54,867 nucleotides of DNA from a virus (Duplodnaviria > Caudoviricetes). Below, piece after piece: positions 1 to 8,632 of this stretch. The translations under genes were made by a program, and so were the position numbers. The stretch covers positions 1 through 54,867 of IMG/VR virus record IMGVR_UViG_3300043434_000561, one strand, 5' to 3'. The notes below the pieces were generated by a model, which was not told the DNA's origin, did no database searches, and saw nothing but the letters and a program-made list of their open reading frames with translations. Each line of letters begins with the position of its first letter. Positions within the stretch are counted from its first letter, which is position 1.

Positions 1-80
1 TTGGCCCGCCACTTCTGGACGGTCCGTGTGCTGATCCCCCAACGCTCGGCCAATTCCTTTTCTGTCAGTCTTTTGGTCAT
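1..80 (-). CDS. HTH DNA-binding protein (excisionase/AlpA-like), truncated by window edge
   Basis: ATG at 80 reads MTKRLTEKELAERWGISTRTVQKWRA, a typical HTH_17/MerR-like motif; lies directly downstream of recT. Confidence 0.7.
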   Translation of the reverse strand, partial: MTKRLTEKELAERWGISTRTVQKWRA

Positions 81-84
81 GGCG

Positions 85-969
85 TCACTCCGCAGCCTCG
101 AGGGGCTGCTCGATCTCGGCAGCCTCGACCGGCACCGGCTCAGGGGCGACGCCGCTGGCCTGGATGATGCTGTGCAGGCGGGACGGACGCGACTTCGGCG
201 CCTCGATCTGCTGGACGGCCTGCCCGGCAGTCGCCTGGCTGGCATCGACTCCGCGCTGATTGAAGTCGAAGCCCATGGCCTCGTTGTCGCTCTGAATGAC
301 GCGATCCAGGCGTTCGGAGCTTGTGGGCAGGAGCTTGGCGACCCGCTTGATGACGCCCTTGATGGCCATCTGGTCGTACCACTTGTTCCAAGGGCTGTTT
401 TCCTTGTCGGCGCTCTTGGAGGCGGCTCGCACCTTCTCGATGTCGCGCCGTGGCATGACCTCGCGCTGAACCTCGCCATTGGACAGGCGCACGATCACGT
501 AGGCCGCGATGATCTGGCCGGGATCGTCGGCGCCGAGATAGGGCTCATGCTCGATCCTTGGATCGTCGCCGCGCTTGAACGCGAAATGATCCTTCTCGTA
601 GACGGCGGCTGCATCGACGCTGGCCACGCCTCCCGTGTTGCGCAGGGTCTTGAGGATACCGCGCACCATTGGAAGGTACTGAACCATGGGCACCCACTCG
701 TCGCGCACCTTGGTCTTGTAGATGTTGAGAACCGCCTCGCGTCCGTCGGGCATGAGGCCATCGGAGGCGGCCTTCATGCAGGCCGCAAACAGGCTGCGCC
801 GGTCGGCGTAGAGAAGGTCCGGGTTCATCTGGACCACGGTGACGACGGTGCGGATAAAGCGCTCCGGATCGATGTCCTTGGGCAGCGCCTTGGCGATCTC
901 GGCCCGCATGGGGCCTTCGAGAGTCGAGCGAAGCTGCTGCATGGGGTTGGCTTGGACTTCATTGCTCAC
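85..969 (-). CDS. recT: RecT-family single-strand annealing recombinase
   Basis: ALPKDIDPERFIRTV, GLMPDGREA and WYDQMAIKGVIKR motifs; adjacent to a YqaJ exonuclease. Confidence 0.93.
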   Translation of the reverse strand: MSNEVQANPMQQLRSTLEGPMRAEIAKALPKDIDPERFIRTVVTVVQMNPDLLYADRRSLFAACMKAASDGLMPDGREAVLNIYKTKVRDEWVPMVQYLPMVRGILKTLRNTGGVASVDAAAVYEKDHFAFKRGDDPRIEHEPYLGADDPGQIIAAYVIVRLSNGEVQREVMPRRDIEKVRAASKSADKENSPWNKWYDQMAIKGVIKRVAKLLPTSSERLDRVIQSDNEAMGFDFNQRGVDASQATAGQAVQQIEAPKSRPSRLHSIIQASGVAPEPVPVEAAEIEQPLEAAE

Positions 970-1001
970 GGTTTGATCTCCTATGATTTTGAATGGTGCG
1001 A

Positions 1002-1199
1002 TTAGTTGTCGATGTGATCTGTCTTGAGGACATCGTAGATTGCCTCCGGCTGAGCCTCTTGCAGGAGGTGCAAATCCTCAAAGGCGCGTTTCTCGCTGAG
1101 GTAGGACCGCACGACCGACGTAACGACGGCGCGGCCCAGGCTAAGCTCGTTGGCCTCGATGCGCTCTTTCTTGACCAGGATGAAAAGTTCGTAGGTCAT
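1002..1199 (-). CDS. hypothetical protein
   Basis: 65-aa ORF coupled by ATGA overlap to the yqaJ-like gene, with a GGAGG RBS. Confidence 0.65.
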   Translation of the reverse strand: MTYELFILVKKERIEANELSLGRAVVTSVVRSYLSEKRAFEDLHLLQEAQPEAIYDVLKTDHIDN

Positions 1200-2224
1200 G
1201 CTGCCTCCGAGATGCGAACGTCGCGATAGGCCGGGGTGAGGCTCTCAACATTGCCCTCTGGCACGATGGACTTCGTGATCGTCCAGCGCTCTCCAGCCTC
1301 GCGGTGGTAGGCTTTGAAAACCTCTTTGCGGGTTCCGGCGCTGATCTTGTAGCCGTGTGTGGTCACGGTCTTGGCGGCCTGGATGATCGTGAGGATCTCG
1401 GCCTTGGCTGCGGCCTTGCGCTCTTTTGCGTCCTTCTCGTCGGCGGCGGCGGCCTTGTAGTCCTGGCAAAGCTGGATCAGGCGGAAATCTTCGGATAGGT
1501 CGATGCTCGAGCCGTCGTTGTCTACGTAGAGTTTGCCAATGGTATCGGCATCAACAACATAGTCCGGCGTGGGCGGGGTGTTGGTCTCCACCCTGGCCCA
1601 GAAGGCCAAGACGCGCTCGACAATGGCCGCGCCGACCGCACGATCGCGCTCACGAATGACAACCTTCGGCGTGTTGCCTCCCACAAGGGGAGAGATCAGC
1701 GACCAGTTTAGGTCCGCGACTTCAAGCTGGTGCTGAACCTGGAACTCGATGTGCGGCGGAGCCTCAATGCCTTCCGCGCCGTCAAGCCATGACCGCTTGA
1801 ATTGCAGGCCGTCAACGTTCTTGACCTCCATGATCCCGGGGCCATGGCGGCGGAACATCTCGCGGGCGCTCTCGTCGCCTGTAAAGCCATCGACAAGGCC
1901 GACGATCTTGAAGTCGAACGACGATCCCATGCGCAGTTCAGAGACGCGCATGTAAACCTTGAAGGGCTCGACGATGAGGCCGTAGTCCTCTGCGATGCCC
2001 ATGGCGATGGCGCCCTCAAGGCGATTGCCCCATTTCATGCGGTCATTGATTTCAAAGTCGTCTGCCGCGAGCGTTCCGGTCTTGCGGTGGAAAAGCTCAA
2101 ACTCGGTGACGTAGGGCGATGCGCCAAACAGGGCGGCTGCCTCGGTCGAGGTTAAGTCCTGCTTGCGCATCTCGAGCCAATGGGCCTCGGACGCTGGCTG
2201 TAGCGCTTCTCGGGTTAATTGCAT
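1196..2224 (-). CDS. YqaJ-like viral recombinase exonuclease
   Basis: WLEMRKQDLTSTEAAALFG, WGNRLE, MEVKNV and QVQHQLEV lambda-exonuclease motifs; GGAGA RBS. Confidence 0.92.
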   Translation of the reverse strand: MQLTREALQPASEAHWLEMRKQDLTSTEAAALFGASPYVTEFELFHRKTGTLAADDFEINDRMKWGNRLEGAIAMGIAEDYGLIVEPFKVYMRVSELRMGSSFDFKIVGLVDGFTGDESAREMFRRHGPGIMEVKNVDGLQFKRSWLDGAEGIEAPPHIEFQVQHQLEVADLNWSLISPLVGGNTPKVVIRERDRAVGAAIVERVLAFWARVETNTPPTPDYVVDADTIGKLYVDNDGSSIDLSEDFRLIQLCQDYKAAAADEKDAKERKAAAKAEILTIIQAAKTVTTHGYKISAGTRKEVFKAYHREAGERWTITKSIVPEGNVESLTPAYRDVRISEAA

Positions 2225-2266
2225 GGTGTTTTCTCCGTTGGTTTGTCATCTGCCAAATGCGGCAGT

Positions 2267-2303
2267 GATGCGATCATCTCACCAACGGTTCGAAAATGCA
2301 ACC
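2267..2303. promoter_or_regulatory. tandem 17-bp operator pair upstream of the recombination operon
   Basis: GATG-N9-CACC (2267-2283) and GGTT-N9-AACC (2287-2303), 20 bp apart. Confidence 0.7.
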
Positions 2304-2337
2304 ACTCAAGAGCAAAAAAGAGACAAAGGGCGAAAGA

Positions 2338-2928
2338 TCAGTTTCGCGTCATCAGGATCGGTGTCGCCCAATCGAGCGACACGCTTTGGCTCGCGAACGG
2401 CCCTGAGAGGTTGTAGGTGTTGTCCTGATAGCCGCGCCGAACGGCAGCCATGGCGGCCGGGCCATTCTTGACCTTGACGAGGCAAAACCGGCCCAGGAAC
2501 GACGGATCAATGCCGTTGTGCTCGCGAAAGATAAATACCCATCCATCCATCCAGTCCAGAGGCGTACCGGATGTCCTGGCCTGAACGGAGGCCACGTTGT
2601 CCGGCAAATCCTCTGGTGCGATAGTGCGTTCGATCACGCCGACTTGGTGCATGGCCACCGTTCCGTCACCCTGCAAGGCGCCAACCACGGCGATGCGCTT
2701 AGCACCGTTTTGCTTCACCGTAACACCGGCATTCTCGACAATCCTGTGCAGGGGCTCACCGAAGATCTGCGCGAGCTGCGCGGCCTCATCGAGCTGCATC
2801 TTTCTGGCCCCGCTGAACGTGAGGCTTAGCTGAGAGTGGCCGAGGCCCATGCGCTGCGCCAAGCCCCGCAGCGACATCTTCTTGTCGGCCAGCAGGCTCT
2901 CAAAATAGCGGCGGTTTACGTCAGACAT
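2338..2928 (-). CDS. CI-like XRE HTH repressor
   Basis: Start MSDVNRRYF with a GGGGAG RBS; HTH MSLRGLAQRMGLGHSQLSLTFSGARKM; S24-like C-terminal domain; divergent from a Cro-position gene. Confidence 0.85.
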   Translation of the reverse strand: MSDVNRRYFESLLADKKMSLRGLAQRMGLGHSQLSLTFSGARKMQLDEAAQLAQIFGEPLHRIVENAGVTVKQNGAKRIAVVGALQGDGTVAMHQVGVIERTIAPEDLPDNVASVQARTSGTPLDWMDGWVFIFREHNGIDPSFLGRFCLVKVKNGPAAMAAVRRGYQDNTYNLSGPFASQSVSLDWATPILMTRN

Positions 2929-2943
2929 GCTACTCCCCGATGC

Positions 2944-3035
2944 GGTTATCATTTTGCACCGAAGGGCTTTCAATGCAACCATCATCGTGGGTATAATGGT
3001 TTTGTTTTCAAACCATTCGGGTATTCTGGGCAACC
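2944..3035. promoter_or_regulatory. divergent immunity control region with four operators and a TATAAT -10
   Basis: Operators at 2944-2960, 2964-2980, 2998-3014 and 3019-3035; TATAAT at 2992-2997. Confidence 0.75.
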
Positions 3036-3061
3036 GGGAAGCCTGATTCGACAGGGGATCT

Positions 3062-3418
3062 ATGAAGATTGAGACAGAGAAGGACGTAACCGGAGAGGCC
3101 GCCAAGTACCTGCGCGAGCAGTCCGGCCTTACGCAAAAGGTGTTTTGGTCGTCCATTGGGCTGACCCAATCAGGCGGGTGCCGGTACGAGAATGGCCAAT
3201 CCGTACCCAAGCCCGTCCGCATCTTGATTTTCGCCAACTACGTGGCGGGGTTCAAGATCGACGCCACCACACCCGATGGTGTCTGCGGCCTTCTGCGCCT
3301 GGCCAAGATCCAAGCCAGCCAGTCGGCTCAAGAGGCCGAAAAGATCGGGGCGAAGATGGCGGAGGCCATGAGCGCGGTGCGCCAAGTCAATAAGCTCTTG
3401 GCCAACATAAGCGGCTGA
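3062..3418 (+). CDS. Cro-position XRE HTH regulator, RsaL-like
   Basis: TQKVFWSSIGLTQSGGCRYENG resembles the RsaL-type XRE signature (FWSRxGxxQSxGSRyExG). Confidence 0.8.
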   Translation: MKIETEKDVTGEAAKYLREQSGLTQKVFWSSIGLTQSGGCRYENGQSVPKPVRILIFANYVAGFKIDATTPDGVCGLLRLAKIQASQSAQEAEKIGAKMAEAMSAVRQVNKLLANISG

Positions 3419-3450
3419 GCCTGTGAGAGAATTTCCCAACATTTTTTTAC

Positions 3451-3475
3451 ACCGCCTATTCCGGGCGGTTTTTTA
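3451..3475 (+). terminator. rho-independent terminator
   Basis: ACCGCC-TATTCCG-GGCGGT hairpin followed by a T-run. Confidence 0.65.
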
Positions 3476-3504
3476 ACGCGCAACGCGCAACCAAAGGAGA
3501 AGCC

Positions 3505-3945
3505 ATGCACTTACACGGACTTGCAAGACTCGGACGGGATATTGAACTGAGGGTGACACAAGACGGCACGCCCGTCGGTAATCTCGCCCTTGCTTTCAAC
3601 TATGGCCGCAAAGGCCAGGACGGCAAACGGCCAACGCAGTGGATCGACGCCTCGCTCTGGGGTGATCGGGTCGAGAAGCTCCAAAGCTACCTCGTCAAGG
3701 GTACGCAGATCAGCGTGATCCTGTCCGATCCGCACGTTGAAACCTACGAGAAAAAGGACGGCGGCACCGGCGTCAAGCTCGTGGCCCGGGTTGATGGTCT
3801 CGAGTTTGCATCCTCGCCAAGGGAAGCCGGCGAGCAGCGCTCTGCGGCAGGCGACTACCAGGCAGCCAGAGAAACCCGCGCACCGGCACCAAAGCCTGCG
3901 GCAAAGGCGGACTTTTCCGACCTCGACTCTGACATACCTTTTTAA
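3505..3945 (+). CDS. ssb: single-stranded DNA-binding protein
   Basis: OB-fold motifs (RLGRDIELR, WIDASLWG), acidic DSDIPF C-terminal tip, AAGGAG RBS. Confidence 0.95.
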   Translation: MHLHGLARLGRDIELRVTQDGTPVGNLALAFNYGRKGQDGKRPTQWIDASLWGDRVEKLQSYLVKGTQISVILSDPHVETYEKKDGGTGVKLVARVDGLEFASSPREAGEQRSAAGDYQAARETRAPAPKPAAKADFSDLDSDIPF

Positions 3946-3990
3946 GATGTATTCCGTTGTATAATCCACGGCAACTAAGAAAGGACTGCT

Positions 3991-4434
3991 ATGAAAGCCT
4001 GTAGTTGCTGTGGTGTTGTCAAGGAACCAACCGAATTTCAGGTTAGAAGGGCAAGCGCGGACGGGCTCACTGCATCTTGTAAAGCCTGCCTAAAAATACG
4101 AGACGCCACTCGTTACTTGAAGGAAAAGCCATACCGATCTTTGATGGCTAAGGCTTACAAAAAAACCGAGAACGGAAAGGCCGCTCACGCCAGAGCCGTC
4201 AAGGCTTGGAAGGAAAAGAACGCTTTGCGGAGGGCGGCACACGTAATTCTTGGCAATGCTGTTCGTGATGGGCGCGTCGCGCCGTTGCCGTGTCTTATTT
4301 GCGGCGAGAAAGCAGAAGCCCACCACCCAGACTATGACAGTCCGCTTAATGTCGTGTGGCTCTGCACGTCTCATCACAATGAGACGCACGCCATGGCGCG
4401 AAAACTAATGATGGGGGAAACCATAAGTGGCTGA
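3991..4434 (+). CDS. HNH-like zinc-finger endonuclease
   Basis: CSCC...CKAC finger and CLICG...EAHHPDYDSPLNVVWLCTSHH; lower GC; own TGTATAAT and AAGGA upstream. Confidence 0.75.
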   Translation: MKACSCCGVVKEPTEFQVRRASADGLTASCKACLKIRDATRYLKEKPYRSLMAKAYKKTENGKAAHARAVKAWKEKNALRRAAHVILGNAVRDGRVAPLPCLICGEKAEAHHPDYDSPLNVVWLCTSHHNETHAMARKLMMGETISG

Positions 4435-4639
4435 CGAAGCAGACAAGGCTAACGACCACATGGAGCGCGAGCTCGCCCTGCGGATCAGGGCGGCACGCTC
4501 TGTTCAGGCGGTTGACACGACGGGCGCATGCTTTTTTTGCGGCGAGGATGTCGGGTCCGGAGTGCGGTTTTGTTCCAAGGATTGCGCCGACGACTGGGAG
4601 CGCGAGCACGAGATCCGCAGAAAGCAGGGGTTGAGATGA
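4427..4639 (+). CDS. DksA/TraR-like C4 zinc-finger protein
   Basis: MADEADKAND N-terminus; CFFC...FCSKDCADDWE. Confidence 0.75.
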   Translation: MADEADKANDHMERELALRIRAARSVQAVDTTGACFFCGEDVGSGVRFCSKDCADDWEREHEIRRKQGLR

Positions 4640-4980
4640 ACCAGGACACGGAAGTTAACATCTTTCGCGCCCTGGATTTCATCAGGGACCATGCACCCGC
4701 CTACGCCAAGGCAAAAGCCGAGCGCATCTATCTCGAGGAATGGCGCAAATCCAAAAAGGCGCTGTGCATGCAAACTGCCCTGGCCAAGGGCTTTGAGGCA
4801 GCGAACGCCCAGGAGCGCGAAGCCTACGCAGATCCGGATTACATCGAGATCTTGCATGCGTTGAGGTCTGCGGTCGAAGAAGAAGAACGGCTGCGGTGGC
4901 TGATCGTTGGGGCGCAAGCCAAGATCGAAGTCTGGCGCACCCTCGAGGCCAATCGAAGGGTTGAGGCAAAGACCCTGTGA
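4636..4980 (+). CDS. conserved phage hypothetical protein (coiled coil)
   Basis: ATGA/GTGA-coupled on both sides; AQEREAYADPDY motif. Confidence 0.75.
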   Translation: MNQDTEVNIFRALDFIRDHAPAYAKAKAERIYLEEWRKSKKALCMQTALAKGFEAANAQEREAYADPDYIEILHALRSAVEEEERLRWLIVGAQAKIEVWRTLEANRRVEAKTL

Positions 4981-5264
4981 GCAAAGCCGCCAAACGTCAC
5001 TTGGGCCGGGTTGCCGACATCGGCTGTATCCTGTGCCAGCATCTCGGGTACGAGCCAAGCCCTGCGGAAGTTCACCACATCCGGGAGGGCCAGGGCGGGG
5101 CGCAGCGGGCTTCCGACTTCCTGACAGTCCCTCTTTGCCCGGAACATCACCGTGGGGCCTCTGGGGTTCACGGATTGGGCACCAAGGGGCTCTACACGCG
5201 ATACAGGCTGTCCGAGCTCGACCTGCTGGCCATGACCATCGAGCGCCTGGCGGAGTCGGCATGA
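4977..5264 (+). CDS. Ref/DUF968-family HNH-like recombination-enhancement nuclease
   Basis: GCILC...AEVHHIREG...VPLCPEHHRG...GVH. Confidence 0.8.
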   Translation: MSKAAKRHLGRVADIGCILCQHLGYEPSPAEVHHIREGQGGAQRASDFLTVPLCPEHHRGASGVHGLGTKGLYTRYRLSELDLLAMTIERLAESA

Positions 5265-5629
5265 AGCTGAGCCTACCGTTTCCGCCGAGCGTGAATTCCT
5301 ACTGGCGGCATCCAACCAAGGGGAAGCTGGCCGGACGCCACCTCATCAGCGAGGCCGGACGGGCTTACCGTGTTGCCGTCTTGGCCTCTGTCCTCGAGCA
5401 ACGCGCCAGGCGCACCAGTGGCCGGTTGGCTGTCCGGATATTCGCCTACCCGCCGGACCGCAGGCGACGCGATCTCGACAACCTGCTCAAGGCGTCTCTC
5501 GACGCGCTGACCCATGCCGGGATGTGGGAGGACGACAGCAACATCGACGCCATCGACATTCAGCGCCGCGACGTGGTGCCTGGCGGCAGGCTTGACGTTG
5601 AAATTCTTGCCATTGGTGGTTCGATTTGA
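5261..5629 (+). CDS. rusA: RusA Holliday junction resolvase
   Basis: LPFPPSVNSYWR and PPDRRRRDLDNLLKASLDAL...WEDDSNI. Confidence 0.93.
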   Translation: MKLSLPFPPSVNSYWRHPTKGKLAGRHLISEAGRAYRVAVLASVLEQRARRTSGRLAVRIFAYPPDRRRRDLDNLLKASLDALTHAGMWEDDSNIDAIDIQRRDVVPGGRLDVEILAIGGSI

Positions 5630-5651
5630 AAACCGATGGTATGATTTGTAT

Positions 5652-5783
5652 GCGAATCGAATTCGCTGCCCTTGGAGGGGCATTTTTGAAGGCGGCCTTG
5701 GCCGCGTGTCTGCTGGTTCCTTCGCCAGTCCTCCAACACCTTCGGGTGAGACACGCGACCAAGGCTTTTTCATTGGAGGCCGT
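5652..5783 (+). ncRNA. putative structured leader RNA / attenuator of the replication operon
   Basis: Stem 5695-5711/5749-5765 (one mismatch) with an internal UUCG hairpin and following U-tract; CCTCCAA complementary to two TTGGAGG sites. Confidence 0.55.
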
Positions 5784-6005
5784 ATGAGCAAGACCCAATC
5801 CGAAATGATCCTGTCCCATCTCAAAAGCAAGAAGGCGATCACGCCGCTCGAGGCTCTCACCAAGTACGGATGCCTGCGCCTGGCGGCCAGAATCCGCGAC
5901 CTGCGAGATAGCGGTCACACCATCCTCACGGAAAACGTGACAGCGAATGGCAAGCGGTTTGCCAAGTACCGCCTCATGCAGGGGAGAAAAGCGGGGGCGG
6001 CATGA
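5784..6005 (+). CDS. small winged-HTH protein
   Basis: ITPLEALTKYGCLRLAARIRDLRDSGHTI; GGAGG RBS. Confidence 0.85.
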   Translation: MSKTQSEMILSHLKSKKAITPLEALTKYGCLRLAARIRDLRDSGHTILTENVTANGKRFAKYRLMQGRKAGAA

Positions 6006-6535
6006 AAATAAACTACGCGCAAAAGCTTCTTGATCCTCGATGGCAGAAAAAGCGCCTCGAGGTGTTGGAGTCGGCAGAATGGTCTTGTGAGATGTGCGGT
6101 GACTCTCAATCGACACTGCACGTCCACCACAAGCAGTACATCAAGGGCCGCGATCCGTGGGAGTACAGCCGTGGCCAGCTCACTGTCTTGTGCCGGTCGT
6201 GCCATGGAAGCCATCACGACAAAGGAGAGGATGTTCTTTCTTTGGTTTCCTCATTCGCCGGAATGGATGGTCCTAAAAGCCGGAATGAGTGCGCCATGCT
6301 ATTGGCAGGGTTTCTCGGCCTCGACGGATTTGAGAACGAGAGCCCGGCAGCGTTGGCGATGTTAAAGATTGGAAAGCTCGCTTCCGAGATGGCGAAATTG
6401 AGGGGAGGAAGAACAATCACAGGCCAAGAAATTGCGGCTTTTTTTAAAGGCGAAATGGATGATCTAGCCAAGGCTTTTTCTTACGAACATCACGAAGTTC
6501 TTGAGTGGTTTTCGCGAAATATGTCGACGACGTGA
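6002..6535 (+). CDS. HNH-domain protein
   Basis: LLDPRWQKKRLEVLE...CEMCG...LHVHHKQY...LCRSCH. Confidence 0.8.
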   Translation: MKINYAQKLLDPRWQKKRLEVLESAEWSCEMCGDSQSTLHVHHKQYIKGRDPWEYSRGQLTVLCRSCHGSHHDKGEDVLSLVSSFAGMDGPKSRNECAMLLAGFLGLDGFENESPAALAMLKIGKLASEMAKLRGGRTITGQEIAAFFKGEMDDLAKAFSYEHHEVLEWFSRNMSTT

Positions 6536-6543
6536 GGCAACCG

Positions 6544-7305
6544 ATGAGCACAAAAATCTGGATGCCTCTCTACATCGCGGATTACCTGGCAGACACCACC
6601 AGGCTGACCACTGAGCAGCATGGCGCTTACATGCTGTTGATAATGGACTACTGGCGAAACGGCCCGCTGCCGAACGATGATGAAGCTCTTGCCAACATCA
6701 CAAGGTTGTCCACTGCTGCATGGAAAAAGCATCGAGCCGCGATGCTAAGGTTCTTCGATGAAAGCGGAGATCAGCTACGCCATGGACGCATCGACAAGGA
6801 ACTAAAAGACGCCTCCGAGAATGCCGAGAAGCATGCCGAGCGAGCAAGAAAAGCAGCCGCAAAACGGTGGGGCAAGGACACCACAAGCAATGCTACAAGC
6901 AATGCTACAAGCACACCCCAAGCAGTGCTTGATGAATGCCCTTCACCTTCACCTTCATCTAGTTCTATTCCTAACGGAATAGAAACACCTAACGCGAGCG
7001 AAATCCTGTTCGACCGTTTTTGGAAGGCTTACCCGAAGAAGGTCGGCAAAGAGGCGGCCAGGAAAGCCTTTTCCAAGGTCAAGCGACCGACCGAAACGAT
7101 CGAGATGATTACGGAAGCATTGGCGTGGCAAACCAAGTCCGAGCAATGGGTTCGTGACGGCGGTCAGTACATCCCGAACCCGGCCACATACCTGAACCAG
7201 GCCAGATGGATGGACGAGCCGCAGGCGTCGACAGCCCGCAAGGTTCCGGCGCGGGAAAACTTCGCCACAGCGGACTATGGCGAGCCTGGAGTGCATGACC
7301 TATGA
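6544..7305 (+). CDS. replication initiator (YdaU/DUF1376 family)
   Basis: WMPLYIADYLADTTRLTTEQHGAYMLLIMDYW; C-terminal FDRFWKAYPKKVGK...PNPATYLNQARW. Confidence 0.88.
   Translation: MSTKIWMPLYIADYLADTTRLTTEQHGAYMLLIMDYWRNGPLPNDDEALANITRLSTAAWKKHRAAMLRFFDESGDQLRHGRIDKELKDASENAEKHAERARKAAAKRWGKDTTSNATSNATSTPQAVLDECPSPSPSSSSIPNGIETPNASEILFDRFWKAYPKKVGKEAARKAFSKVKRPTETIEMITEALAWQTKSEQWVRDGGQYIPNPATYLNQARWMDEPQASTARKVPARENFATADYGEPGVHDL
6883..6931 (+). repeat. iterons / putative replication origin inside the initiator gene
   Basis: ACAAGCAATGCT x2 plus ACAAGCA and the palindrome CAAGCAGTGCTTG; lambdoid ori position. Confidence 0.65.
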
Positions 7306-8063
7306 GCCTGCAAATTCACGCCACGCCCAAGATCCGACAGGACCAGTGCGAGACGCATGGTGCCTTCGAGGCAAAATGCTTTCTCGGGGATGTCTGGACC
7401 CGGTGCCCACATTGCGCGGAAGAAGCGGAGAAGCGCGAGCAGGCCGAGGCTGAGCTCGCTGAGCGCAAGGCCCGGCAACTGGCCTGGCAGAACAAGATCG
7501 GAAACTCCGGCATTCCCGACAGGTTCCGCGACCGCACGCTCGAGAATTTCGAGGCCCGGACCGAGGATCAGCAATTCGCGCTCGAGTTTGCCCGCGACTT
7601 TGCCGAGCGCTTCGACGACGTGCTCAAGACCGGCCGCAGCGCCATGTTCATCGGCAAGCCTGGAACCGGCAAGACGCACCTGGCCGCAGGGATCGGGTTG
7701 CATGTCATGGCCCAGGGCCGTGTGGTGCTGTTCACCACCGTCATGCGGGCCATTCGCAGGGTCAAGGACACCTGGAACCGGGAGAGCCGCGAGTCGGAAA
7801 CGCAGGCGATCTCCGCGATGGTCTATCCGGATCTCCTGATCCTCGATGAGGTCGGCGTGCAGTTTGGATCGGACTTCGAGCGCAACATGCTTTTCGACGT
7901 GCTCAACGAGCGCTACGAGCGCCGCAAGCCGACGCTGCTGCTCTCGAACCTGCCGGCCGATGAGGTCACGGCGTTCCTTGGCGAGCGCATTGTGGACCGG
8001 CTGCGCGAGGACGGCGGCAAGCTCATCAAGTTCACGTGGGAGAGCCGCCGTGGGAAAAAATAG
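7302..8063 (+). CDS. DnaC/IstB-like AAA+ helicase loader
   Basis: Walker A GKPGTGKT, Walker B LLILDEVG, GERIVDRL. Confidence 0.92.
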   Translation: MSLQIHATPKIRQDQCETHGAFEAKCFLGDVWTRCPHCAEEAEKREQAEAELAERKARQLAWQNKIGNSGIPDRFRDRTLENFEARTEDQQFALEFARDFAERFDDVLKTGRSAMFIGKPGTGKTHLAAGIGLHVMAQGRVVLFTTVMRAIRRVKDTWNRESRESETQAISAMVYPDLLILDEVGVQFGSDFERNMLFDVLNERYERRKPTLLLSNLPADEVTAFLGERIVDRLREDGGKLIKFTWESRRGKK

Positions 8064-8177
8064 AGGCCGCCTATTGCGTGCTCTGCTTTGATTGAAACAA
8101 AGTAATAGACGAGAATTTTAAACCTGACCGAGAATTACAACATCATCAGTTCGATGATAAATGAATAGGAGAACAAA

Positions 8178-8426
8178 ATGCTTAGAGATGGAAACTATTT
8201 GCGCGAGCCAAAACCCGTGATCGGCCGCGCCTACCAGCGAGACACCCGTTACATTCGCATGACGAGCGGGGCCGAAATGATCCAGCGCAGCGTCATGCGC
8301 GACTACGCCAGGCGCGACACCTTCTGGGGCCATAAAGAGGACAGCCCCTTTGAGCTCGCAATCCTGGCCATCATCGCTCCAATTGCTGTCGTGGTCCTGA
8401 TGTTCCTGCCGGAGATGATGCGATGA
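8178..8426 (+). CDS. hypothetical protein with C-terminal TM helix
   Basis: AGGAG RBS; hydrophobic LAILAIIAPIAVVVLMFL. Confidence 0.7.
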   Translation: MLRDGNYLREPKPVIGRAYQRDTRYIRMTSGAEMIQRSVMRDYARRDTFWGHKEDSPFELAILAIIAPIAVVVLMFLPEMMR

Positions 8427-8632
8427 AAAGAACCCGCACTGAAGCCTGGGCGCTCAAAACCCGACACGGACAGTTCGCAAGCCGGGGGGCATTTGCCTTT
8501 CAGGATGGATTGCCGACGGCTCTGTTCAAGACCAAACGCAATGCCATGGCCATGGCTGAGGACATCGATCCAAAGGGGGTGATGGTCCAGCCTGTGAAGG
8601 TCTACGTCACGATCACGGAGGTCGGAATATGA
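8423..8632 (+). CDS. hypothetical protein
   Basis: ATGA-coupled ORF. Confidence 0.65.
   Translation: MKRTRTEAWALKTRHGQFASRGAFAFQDGLPTALFKTKRNAMAMAEDIDPKGVMVQPVKVYVTITEVGI

Noticed and set aside
1-1005. 334-aa + strand ORF
   Set aside because: Antisense shadow of recT in high-GC DNA; no RBS or motifs.
2929-3237. N-terminal extension of the repressor ORF to 299 aa
   Set aside because: It overlaps the operators and the opposite gene; the RBS supports a start at 2928.
6883-6931. CRISPR-like repeat
   Set aside because: Short tandem repeats without spacers, in coding sequence; no CRISPR array seen anywhere in the window.
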